64,000 bases of DNA from Trichosphaerium sp. ATCC 40318. Its lineage: Eukaryota; Protista; Tubulinea. The translations under genes were made by a program, and so were the position numbers. Below the pieces are notes generated by a model, which was given only the letters and a program-made list of their open reading frames with translations, had not been told where the DNA came from and did no database searches. This document shows, one piece after another, positions 14,488 through 26,005 of this stretch (positions within the stretch are counted from its first letter, which is position 1; every line of letters starts with the position of its first letter). The stretch spans positions 496,001 to 560,000 of the forward strand of contig JALMLS010000507.1 of NCBI GenBank assembly GCA_038496445.1, given 5' to 3'.

Positions 14488-17400
14488 ATGGCATTAAAGA
14501 TAACTTGCCTTGGAGCAATAATTGCATTGTGTATCTTTATTTCTGTGTCAGGATACAGCGGAAACATCCTAAAACCTAACGTACTGTCAATATAAACCAT
14601 TATCTTCTATTTAAGCGTACTTATTGCCATTTCTACTAGAAATTCCGCAACGACTTTTCTTCGCTTAATTTGGGTGATTCCAACAGCACGCTTGCCAAGC
14701 TGGCTACTTACATCAAAACAACAAAACAATTATCAAAATATGCTTTCAACTCAACCGCTTGGGACTTTGTCCAAGCCACACTAGATATAGGTAAACGCTG
14801 GCCTCCATTTTCAATTGTTGCGCCGAAAAACTAAGCGCTGTAGCCACACTTTCCTGGTTTTAATGTGAACTAAATTTTCTTTGTTTTCAGGTACAAACTC
14901 TTCTGTTGTTTCTTTGAGCCTTGGTAATATCACAACAACTTTAAGTTCAAAAGGAGCAGTACAAGAACTTGTAGTTGTCGCTGATACTACAGCATGGGGT
15001 AATGCACAAGTCAAATTGAACTTTGTTTTTGTTCATGACAACGCTACCAATGAAATGAAAACCTACATCAAGTGCGATTGCTCTTTTCGTTACTCATGTC
15101 TGAGGCTTACAATTTTTACCTAGCTTCGAAACTGACATTCCTTCGTTCCCAAAAAATGCAACACGTGGTTCAGGAGCAAACTGGTTCAATGCTATGCAAT
15201 TTATAGGAAAAAACACTATTGAAGCAGCAAGGCAAGTTCATTTTTCTTTCCTCGCTTTATCTTGATACTGTGTTTTTTTTTATTAGCCTTCTAATCGCTT
15301 TGTTAGTACTGACTTTACTGACTTTAATGGAGTGAGCTACGAGAAAGGTCTTAAAATCAATGGAGGATTCGAACTTGACACTTCTTTTCCTGGATATGTC
15401 AAACTACAAAAACTCACGGATACTTATGCTATTTCTGGTTCTTTTAGTGTACGTTTATTATTTCCAAATATAAAAGTAACATAAAACACGTTTGTTTAAA
15501 GGTCGTCCAGTCTTGTTAAACTTCAGCAAACATTCCCATCTTTTGATGAATGAAATTGTGGATAATAGCTCACTGTTACTTTAGGCTGTATTTCCTCTTC
15601 TAAGCACCAGTCCATACGCTACTCTTGACCTTAAAATTGGCATACCTCTTAACGTAGAGTCACACGTATGTTTTTTTGGGGCTATAATATTGTCCTTGTA
15701 CACGTGTGTTACCTCCGCTTACTTTTGTCGTTTCTGTAGAGCGTAGTAGCATCAAACCTTGCACTTCATTTAGTTGCATCACAAACTCCAAAAGTATCAT
15801 TGACATCTGATATCTCTATTGCATTCAAAGAACAAACAGCTGACTTTCATGTATCCGCTGATTTTGTTGCATTGGACTCAATCAAATTTATGGGTTCGTA
15901 CTTTTTTCCAAAAACGCGATTATCTAACTTACCTGATGTTTGTAGGTTCTACAACTAGTCCTTGGACTAATGCTTTTGGCCAAAAATGGCTTTCTTTTAG
16001 TCCTGGAGCTACAATAGAATTCTCAGTACCACCGACTAAGTTCGATTTTACTGGTGAAGCTATTGTTTCTTTTTCTGAGAATACTGCTCCTACTACAGTA
16101 CGTATTTTACAGAGATGTGCTTTGTTTTATTGAATCAAATCTACGTTTATTCTAACAGTTATCATTAGACAAGCTGGTCTGTAGATGCATCAGAGTATAA
16201 ACTAGACTACGATTTAACTGTGTCTACATCCATTTCAGGAATCAGACAATTGTTTGACGATATCGTTCATGTGCAACCACCAAGTGTTGACGAAGTTGGT
16301 GTTTCTGGCGGTGTTACAATCTCGCTATCAAACCACGCCAGCGACACAATAAAAGAAGGTAAGTCAGTCACAACACTGAGGGCTGAACTCGGTCTATTTC
16401 GTTTGGGTTTCTTTTACTTATTGCTGTTGTTGCAGGTCTTACCATCACTGGAAAAGGTGTTATATCTCCAGGTGGAGTAATTGGAAAGGGTCTAAGAGAT
16501 ATCTCAGCAAAGCCATCCTTTGACTACGATCTTGATATATTCATTCCAGTGTTCGGTGAAAACAAAGCTGCTTTTCAGGTTGTTTTAGCTGACCCTTCTC
16601 CTATAAAAATCGCACCAAATGTCAGTTTAAATAACGCAAAAATTCACTTAGTGGCTCTTCCAACACCTGGAATAGACTTTACAGCAGTCTTCTCGACTGT
16701 AGTAAAACACAGCACTTCACCACTGACATTTGACATGTCTGGAATTTTTGGAGAATCTCAAGGCGTTGACATGTCGGGAGCTCTTGAATCACCATGGGTT
16801 GCTCCTCTTGGTCTAAAGTGGCTTACTTTTGATACGCTTAAAGCCAATTTCCATTTCGAACAAGATAAATCTTTGCTATCAATGTCAGGATCAGCTTCTG
16901 TCACATTTGGCTTGAGCTCTGATTTTTCTATTGTTTTCGGACCAAAATTTCAAGAATACACTCTTACAATGGCTCCTACAATCCCAAGTATCAGCACGTT
17001 CTTCAAAGACGTTACAGGAAAACCAGGACCTACAATGCTATCGTCATCATCGCTAAAGAGTACCATAACACTAGAGTCAACAACAGGTATAAATTTATTG
17101 CTCAGCATGTTGTGTTAATGCTTGTTCAGGTCTTACTGTTGGTGGAGAACTATCTGTTAATATTGAGTCACCTCTTGGAAATATTATCAAGTGCGAACCT
17201 TTTATTTTAAACACGCTTTGACACCTGATTTAGAGTGCTTACACCAAAGCTGGATCCTCTTGATTTTGTTTTCAATGTAGACTTTTTTATTCCTCTCTTC
17301 TCTGAAATGCCTTCTTCACTTTCTTTCTCCATACACCAGACTGATAAAGTCCAATACACAAATACTATTGCTCTCAATGGATACGATATTAAATTTGTAG

Positions 17401-19428
17401 TATACCCAGTTCCTGAAGTGAGCGTCAGCACAACTGGCACGTTTAATTCCAACAACATACTTAACACTAACTTTCTATCTTAACAGGCGAGTTCACTTTA
17501 CGTCACCAAGACACACCAGTTAACTTTGCTATTTCTGGTAAAGTCAATGGTGCCAGTGACTCTCTTGCAATGTCAGGTGAAATAAGTACTCCTTGGGAGC
17601 ACCCATTCAATTTCAAATGGATGACACTTGATTCCGCATCTGTTACTCTATCGTTTTCAGTACCTAGTGGACTATCTGCTTTGTCAATAGCTATGGACTC
17701 AACACTCTCTTTCGCAAAGACCAACAATAAAGTTCATGCTTCTATTGAAGCACATAACAACTTCATGGACTGGCAGATGGACATCGCTGATGTGAGCATA
17801 ATTTCTATCGGAGGTACTTTCTTCACACCTTTTTGTGGCATTAACGCTTTGTTCTAGATACCTTAACTAAAATTGGACAATCTACCCCTCCAGCAGTATC
17901 AGATACAACAATAAAGAATACTGTTGATATTGGATTAAACAGTGCTACTGGCATGACTTTAACAGAAACTTGTGAAATCACAGGTGGACTGTTGAAGAAA
18001 CTAGAAATTTTCCATACTGGTTTAGAATCAGAGACTTTCGAATTGTCTGTTAGCGTACCTATCTTCTCCCCAGGTAAATAACTATTTGTCTCCGAGAATT
18101 CCTACGTCTGAATTGCCATTAGGATCTGTTACAGCAGAGCTTGGACTTCCTGAACTACGTATTAACAAAGACATGGTATTTACTGGATTGAAGTTTTCAG
18201 TTAGTACTGAAGCTGATATTTCAGTCGGTGCTGGTGTCAAAGTTAACTTTTCTCATAACCCTCAACTTGAATTTGACACTAAGGGCACATTCAATGTTGA
18301 CGGCGCTATAGCGCTTGAAGGTGACATGGTAGGCACATGGATGGATATGTTCGGTATCAAAGGTAAACAGAAACTAGTCAACATTCTTCATATTGACTTG
18401 CTGCAGGTTTTGATCTATCCAACGTTGCAGTTGTTATTGGATTTAATCCTACTCTTTGCGCAGTTGGTGGATGTCTTTCTAAACTTGGACTTGGATATGA
18501 TTTAGCGTACGTTCAATTTAACCAGAATTAGACTGTCTTTAACGAACCGATTAGCATTGGTTCAGAAAAGATGGAGATGTATGGATATGCGTCTATGCCA
18601 GATATCTGGAAACTGTTCTTGAAGAGCAAGATTGAAGGTTCTAATGGACTTGCATTATCTTTCAGGTAACTTATATACGCGGCCAACATATGTGTTAAAT
18701 AGGTTTTAGGGATGTTGCAAGCGAATGGAATAAACTCGCTCATAGTAACATCAACATTGAAACAATTCCTGCTGGTTGGGGATTCAAAGACTTTTCATTC
18801 TACATTGCTCCTACAGCTGGAGAATTTGACAACCAATACTATGCCGCAGGTATACCCTTCTTGTTTGCTTTAGAAAGCGTAGAGATACAAAGTGAGTAGT
18901 TGTGTTAATTTTTCTTGTTTTTTTATAGGTTTTCAAATAGCCGGAGGACTTGAGGTTATTGGTCTTGAAGCTGATGTCAATGTTACTATTAGTGACCACG
19001 ACTTTAATTTCAAAGTACACCTATCAGTACACAACTTTTTGAAGGCACTCAGACATGAAATTGGTCTTCAAACTACAGCAAATGCAGCTCTTGTTGGCGT
19101 TGAATCGTAAGAAACAAAAAAAAGACTGATATTATTTTGTTCCTTACTGACTGTTTTTACAGAGTTTCTATTTCCGAATTTACAACCTCAAATATTGCTA
19201 GAGATGAGTTCCCTGAGTTTAAATTAAAATATGAATTCTTTGGTCATCATACAGCTAAGTTTAGATTCAAGAAAGTAAGTCTTATTTTTTTCTTGCAAAA
19301 CTCAACAGTTCTTGTGTGATATCCGTATTACTTTTGTTAACTAACACTTTTCAAAATAGGTATCTGATATTCCTACTTCGTTCCATGAGTTCTTCAAGTA
19401 TTACTTAAAGCACTTATTCCATCATTAA
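14488..19428 (+). CDS. Large secreted beta-rich repeat protein of unknown function
   Basis: N-terminal signal peptide MALKITCLGAIIALCIFISVSG; many in-frame exons; recurring motif PWTNAFGQKWL / PWVAPLGLKWL / PWEHPFNFKWM / TWMDMFGIKG. Stop TAA at 19426-19428. Confidence 0.75.
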
Positions 19429-19608
19429 GAAGTTAAATAAATGTAAACTCTATAAAAACAATGATCCGATACAAAGTATTACAAACTTTTTACATATCAA
19501 GGTTTTCCCGCTGTCTGCCAACCTCAGGTTAGTGCATGACCAGTGAAGGTTAATAACAGCAAGGATACTTATGCTATAGTTGACTACTAGCGCAACATTG
19601 TAGTTGTT

Positions 19609-19706
19609 GTACCAATACCATAAGACTTAGTCAAAGCTTTGCGAACTCATACTAAATTACAGTCAGAATACAATTACATAAAATGACATAAAACAGTTTT
19701 TTGGTA
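19609..19706. repeat. Dispersed ~100-bp degenerate copy of 39666-39756 (exon+intron piece of the CRTAC1-like gene)
   Basis: GTACCAATACCATAAGACTTAGTCAAAGC..TTTGCGAACTCATACTAAATTACAGTCAGA..ATGACATAAA..CAGTT..TTGGTA is present at both loci, in the same orientation, with small indels. Confidence 0.9.
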
Positions 19707-20072
19707 ATGTCGGTTGTGTTGAGTCTGGCACTTGAGTTATTAAATCACAACGAATGGAGTACGTTGCTTATTGTTGTATAACCATAGAATGCAACAAAAC
19801 CGTAAATACAGTTAACAGTGTAAAAAAAAATGCAGAAATTTATGAGTTTTCTGGTACATTCAAAAAACCCAATAGTCCGAGTATCGGAAAAAAGATACTT
19901 GTACAACAGTTCTTGTTGCAACTATTTGAGTACATCTAGAAGGTAGTGTACTAGTGAGGATACGTTTTAAAGTCGAAATAAAGCAAATAAAGAATCTTTT
20001 TTCCGAGCAACTCGGACAAATTGTGTGTCCGTTCTTTTTGTTCACAAACGCAAGCAAAACATCTACAAACAA

Positions 20073-21784
20073 ATGTACTCATACGCTCTTGGTGCTTTAG
20101 ACCATTTGTACGCATACTATACTACTGGTTTGCCAAAAGGCAAGGGTTGGTTCTCTAAAGGTATGCTATAGCGTTCTGCCTGTTAACTGTAGACTCTGCT
20201 ACAAAACTGGCAAGAAATGCAGTAAATTGCTGTTTTCAAGCTTATTGTAATAGGTTGGGGTCTGTGTGATGATTTAGAGCCTTGTAAAGACTTGCAGCTT
20301 CCTGAAACTATTGGTGACGTTTCAATCGAATGGACAGGCGATTGGATTGAAGAAAACGGAGTTTACACGCGTGAAGGACGCTTTGATACGCCTGAATGCG
20401 ACTACAAAAAATATCTTCCAGAGAAAGTACAAACAGGTACGCTAATACCCGAGGGGAGCTCACACTTTTAATTGTTTCAGTTTCTCCACGCTATTACAGG
20501 CAGTTCCTAACAGTTATTGTTTGTCAGGTCACATTATGATGCTTCTACCCAAGAAAGAGGATAGAGAGTGTCCTGTTGTAATACAGTTTGCTGCTACTGG
20601 CGATAAGGGCTTCTCCGCACGGAAACAGATCGGCACAAAGCTAGCAAAGGAGAAAAATATAGGAAGTGTCATACTTATCAATCCTTTCTATGGTACGTGC
20701 CACATAATACTCTTTCCCAGTCGGTAAACGTTTCAAAGAACATGCATAAAAACGTTTATCGCAGGGTCTTAGTGCTGAGGTTTGAGGACTTACGTCGATT
20801 AGGAAGGAGGACGCCAAAAGACCAAGATAAAATTAGTTTGAATTATTTATCTGATATGATCCTTATGGGTGGTACAACAATAAATGAAGGACGTGCATTA
20901 TTGAACTGGTTACGTCATGACCAAAAGTTTACCGGGCCATTGGGAACAGCTGGTATAAGTATGGGAGGTAGTATGGCTTTATTGACAGGTACCTATTTTT
21001 AGAATTAGACACGTGGTTTTTTTGCTCCATCAGTTTATTTTAACTGGTGTTCATCAATGCTCACTTTTTCCAAGCGCTTATGGCTCCATTTCCTATCGCC
21101 ACAGCTGCACTTGTCCCATCACATTCAGCTCAGCCGAGCATGTTAGGTATGTTTTATAGTACGTTCTCTAAATTGGAGAATTACGTCTACAACAGCTTCT
21201 TTTTTTTAATGTTGTGTAACAGGTGTACTCTCAAATAACGTCGAATGGGACAGCCTGAAAAAGCCTGGTCTCGAAACTGTTGAGCAAATACGTATTGCTG
21301 CACTTGATGCCCTTCAAGTAACAAGTATTGAGAATTGCGAAGATGTTGCAAAAGCTTTCTCATGTGTTGCTCTTTATGCTAAGCATGATAGTTTTATAAA
21401 TATAGAATCTAGTTTAAAAGTTGATAGAGCCCTTAGAGATATTAATTTACCTTACTACAAAGCACGTTGGCTTGAGTACGTTTTTTACGTTGATATTTCC
21501 GGTTTTTTTCTTTCTTTTTTGTTGGCAATTACTCAGCATGGTGATGTGTTGGGCTAAGTCCTCCAAAAACCTATGCTTCGTTCCCTTGGCTTTTGGCTAT
21601 TTACTTTCAACCGAAAAAAGTGTCTCTTTCATTCGACGTTTAAGACTAAGATGTGTTTGTATTAATGAGAAACTAATTTTTTATTCTTAGTGGTGGTCAT
21701 GTAACTGCGTTCATGTATCATCGTAGTAGTACATATATTGATGCAATAGAAGAAGCTTTTGAGAAATTTGTAGATAGTAACTAG
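20073..21784 (+). CDS. ABHD18: ABHD18-like (DUF2048) alpha/beta hydrolase
   Basis: LDHLYA, WFSKGWG, QFAATGDKGF, ILINPFYGRRTP, nucleophile elbow GISMGG, LYAKHD and GGHVTAF across spliced exons. Confidence 0.85.
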
Positions 21785-21894
21785 AGCTAACTCATTGAGG
21801 GAGTTTGTTGGTAATGTACAAATAAAAACAGTTCCCGTTTAGGCTCTATACTTTTGCCTCAAGTACTCCGTTTGTGAGCGTTTTTTGGTGTTTC

Positions 21895-22251
21895 GTTAAC
21901 CTAACGCCCTTCCGTTATGAATGAATATTCAAATACAGCCTACATTCACAAATATTCATGACTAAAAAAATTCATTCATTATTCATGCACACAGTAAACG
22001 GTCGAAAATTGTGCAATTTGATGGGTGATTTTGACTGGATTTGTGGGTTTTGGTGTTCTTGACTATTACGATTCGGTTTTCAAACGCAACTTGTTGAATC
22101 TATCCATTTGGAACATCGCTAGGTGCTACAAACCAAAGCTCCTCAACATCCTGACTCACCAAACGCCCATGACTATTCATGAATGAATATTAATGAATTT
22201 GGCTTACGGGACAATGAATATGAATATTGCTTGTATTTATAAGACGTTAAC
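21895..22251. repeat. Imperfect inverted-repeat element rich in ATTCAT/ATGAAT motifs (possible decayed MITE)
   Basis: The left arm is enriched in ATTCAT and the right arm in ATGAAT. The element is bounded by GTTAAC on both sides and lies between convergent genes. No clean terminal inverted repeats. Confidence 0.3.
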
Positions 22252-22387
22252 CTCGAAAAAAAATTAAGGGATTCTTGTATTGCAAGTAAGCATTTTATTT
22301 TACAGTATGGCTGTATTGGTATGTAAAGTTTTTACACGTTTAACCATGATGGGCGTTTGAATTTCTCAATAACGAAAAAGTTGTCAT

Positions 22388-25300
22388 CTAATATACACTG
22401 TATACGCAGTCAGTCAATACAACAGTGACATCGCGATCAACAGCCTGCCATCCACATCCGAGAACATCGATAAGACGGCTACCAGGGTATAGAGTGACTT
22501 GGAATACATTGCCAGAGCCGGAGGATGGTCCACCTGCGAAGCAGTATTGTGGAGTCAGACCTTCACTGCTTGTAACTGTAGCAGTAAAGTCTACTCTGCC
22601 AGTACCAGTAGGGAATCTGGCGACGAAGAAAGTGTTCATGAATTCATAATGTAAACCTTCTCCAATGTCTAAATAATAGTGTAAGTGGATAATGACTCAA
22701 CAATCGCTTGAAAAAAAAAAAAAGAAAAAGTGTAATCAACGTACATTGTGTGCGATCAACATCAAGCATAGCTACTGGACAAGCTTGACCGTCAACTGGA
22801 GGTGGTGTAGCAGTTGGTGCAGCTGTTGTTGGAGCAGCAGTTGGTGGAAGTGTTGTTGGTACAGTTGGTGGAGGTGGTGGAGGTGGAGGTCTGTAGTCTG
22901 GGATTTCTGGTTGATCACCACCATCGAAGATATTAACACCACATTCGCGGCAAGGTGTTACTGTGTTCCATGCCCACACCTTTGAGAAATCTGTGAATCT
23001 TTGTCTATCGTCACAACTGATACATTTATCTCTGTAAATAGCGGCAATGACTGGGTTGTTTTCCACAGGTGGAACTTCTGTTTGGATAGTACTCTTTCTG
23101 ATCATACATGTCGAGTAGAAATATGGATCATCTGGATCAGTTGTTGTGAGGGCTTTAGGTAGAGTTGTTGTTGGTTCTCTGGCTGTTACTGCGTAACACA
23201 ATAGAGCGTTGTCGTCATTAGCATTTGCTGATTGCAAAGCGTTACAGCTTGGTGGGTAGTAACCAGGGATGACGTAATTTGGTGGTTGCTTAGTTGGAAC
23301 AACAACTACGTAATCACAGTTTTCAATACCGGAGCAAATGTCAAGACAAGGTTGTGGGTTATTGTTGGTAACGAGCATGCAATCTCCGTGTACGGTTTGG
23401 TAGTCTGGAGTAAAGCAGTGATCGACACGCCTACGAAGAAATAAATAAATGCTACGACATTCCAAGAAAAACCAAAAAGAGAAAAAAAACATGTCAAAGA
23501 AGGCGTACTTGAATGTAGGTGCTGGTGGTGGTCCAACTGGGATAGTTCCGTATTTGTTTGTTACATGAGCTGTAGTAGATACTACATCAATGCAATCCCA
23601 GTATCCTTTCCAGTAATATTGTACAATGTACTGACCAACAGGGCTACCTTCTGGAATCTTAAAGTTTGCGAAATCAACATCGAATGGGCGACCCAATCCA
23701 AGAGCGAGTTTGAAACGGTATACAGCGAGAACGAACGGAATTGAAGGATCGCTGTATGATACGGCAATAGTGGAGGCAATCTTATCAGGGTTGTACTCGA
23801 ACATTCTGTTGTTCTTGTTTCTCATTGTGTAACGTTTTGTTCCCCAGAAAGGTTCTGCTGGACGTGGAATCCACTCTGGATCAGTTTCGAAGATCTCACG
23901 TGTGTATACACCATCTGGATCATCACCAGGTCTTACGTTGATACCGTCACCGCCAGCGATTTGACGATGCCATTGTTTGACGTCTGGAATGATAGCGCTG
24001 GAAGGAGCGCTTTCAATGTATTGGTCGAGGATTTCTGATGTCAATTGACCGAGTTTGCTTTCGTCTTCGGCTTTGATGATTGTGAAGTAGGCATGTGGTG
24101 TTTCTCCACGTTGATCAGAGAATATGTTACCAGGGTGACCGGTAGTCCACTCAATCTCGAACTCTTGTCCGTTACCGACTTGTACGTGAGCGATATCTTC
24201 AGTTCTTGGAGGGCAAGGACCGATAGTACTTCCTTCTTGAACAGCACGAGCATTACTGTTGCACCAATTGTGACCCAAAGCGCCAGTGAAGAATGTAGAT
24301 AAGCACAAAACTGTGATCAATAGGAGAGCGCTTGATCCGGTTGCCTTGCTTTTACCAGTAAAGAGCATAGCCATAGAAAGCATAGAGAATAACAAACCGA
24401 AGCTATAAAAAGAGTTAAAACAACAGATACGATAAGGTAAAAAGAAACAAGTGGCTAAAAAAAGTTGGTACATACCTTGTAGATTTGACAGAAGCTGGAC
24501 TTTGTGCAGCGCGAGCGCTTGCTGAACCTGGTACACCAGTACAAGTGCAAAGACGAGCTCTGCTTTGTTCTCTTGTATCACAAGTGACTTGTTGGCTGCA
24601 TGTGTCTTCGCGGTAGAGGCAGTGACTTCCCTTCTTGTATAATCCAAGGTTTGAGCATCCAGCGATGAAAGGAGCGTTGCAGAGCAAGTTGTTTGTATCG
24701 ACGAGAGTATCGATTCTTGCATCGTTGTTGGTAGCAGTTGAAGGTTGGTTGTTGCAAGTTCCACCGACATCATTGCAAGCCTCTGTGCAGGATTGTCCTG
24801 GAAGTGATTCGAATACAGTCTTTTCTGGAAGCTCAACATCTGATTCCTCGAGTTCAACATCTCCGCCCAAGTTAGGCCAGAAAAAGGCGCCAACATTGGC
24901 ATCACCTTCCTTGATGAGGCAACGGATTGTAATCTTTCCGGTTCCTTCTAAAGGAGCGACAAACTTGAATGTCGAAACCAAAGGCTTGAGGTCAGCGCTG
25001 AAGTGAGTAACAACGTGTGCGCAAGGGTGATCACCAAAACCGAAAGGAACGTGGTAGATTTCTAGAAAAAAGTAAGAAGTTGAAACGAAGCAAGAAAAGA
25101 CAAACTAGAAAGAAAAACTTCGAATTGGGAAGTTACTTACGAGGATTTTCAGGCAAAATGGCGAAGCGACCGACGCGGTTACCATCTTCATCTTCTGCGT
25201 AAAGTAAAAGACCACGGTACTACACAAAAACGTTAGAAAAAAAAAAAGTGCGAAAAAACCAAGTTTGAATTTGTGCGCAGAGAAAAAAAACACTTGCCTT

Positions 25301-26005
25301 CAATCTGTAGTCAACAACCTTGACGGTTACGTCCAAGATTTTTCCTGGTTGGTACGTATCATCTGGAGATGATTCGTCACCAACAAACAGTATAATACCA
25401 TCAGTGCGAACAGTTCTGCTAGCCCAAGACATAACAGCATCTGGATCGGTACATCCTTTTCGGTTTACTGAACCATCGACAATAGGCCACTACAAAAAAA
25501 CGTAAGTGAGGGATCAATAATCGGTGTTTGTTTGTAAGTTGATCTCGGTTTTTTTAATTTTCCGCGTCAAATCACATCGTTACTCAGTAAAATCTGGTGT
25601 ATTACCACGTGTTGAAAAAAGTCACGTCACGTGATGTGAAAAAAAAACTGTTTTGTCCAAACTAGCGGAAAAAAGGAGCGAAAGCTAAAAAGGTTCTAGA
25701 GTTAACATACGTCTTCTGGTTTGCATCCCCAGGTAGGGTAGTTGGCATCACAAATACCAACTCTTCCATGAGAAGCGCAGTATACGCTAGCAAAAATCAT
25801 AGTAGTAGCGATAAACAATAGAGTCTAAACAAGCAATATTAGCAACGAGACGGTTTTTCTTTTCGTGTATTTTTGGATGTTCGAGCAAAAAAAACGTTTG
25901 AAAACAAATAACGACTTTAAAAAAGAGCAAAGTTTGTCCTGCTCCAACAAAAAAGATAGATAAGAAGCAGGCCTTTACCATTTTTGAACTGGCTAAAGCC
26001 GCCAT
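22388..26005 (-). CDS. 952-aa secreted polyprotein-like product: signal peptide, Reeler domain, Cys-rich module, hydrophobic segment plus internal signal peptide, His-brace LPMO-like domain, Cys-rich domain, Pro/Thr linker, C-terminal beta domain
   Basis: Exons 26005-25979, 25824-25711, 25489-25298, 25219-25141, 25061-24476, 24402-23509, 23430-22745 and 22668-22388 have compatible phases and total 2859 nt. Reeler motifs: TYQPGKILDVTV, YRGLLLYAED..VGRF, CAHVVTH, FKFVAPLEGTGKITIR. LPMO-like motifs: ALG|HNW, EWTTGHPG, GQYIVQYYWKGYWDCIDV. Confidence 0.85.

Noticed and set aside
22644-24905. 753-aa ORF in the track overlapping the 188-aa ORF at 24415-24981
   Set aside because: Artefact of reading through introns. 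Its first ~165 residues are an off-frame reading of the Reeler/Cys-rich exon, and the Phe-rich patches are introns; the spliced model explains both ORFs.
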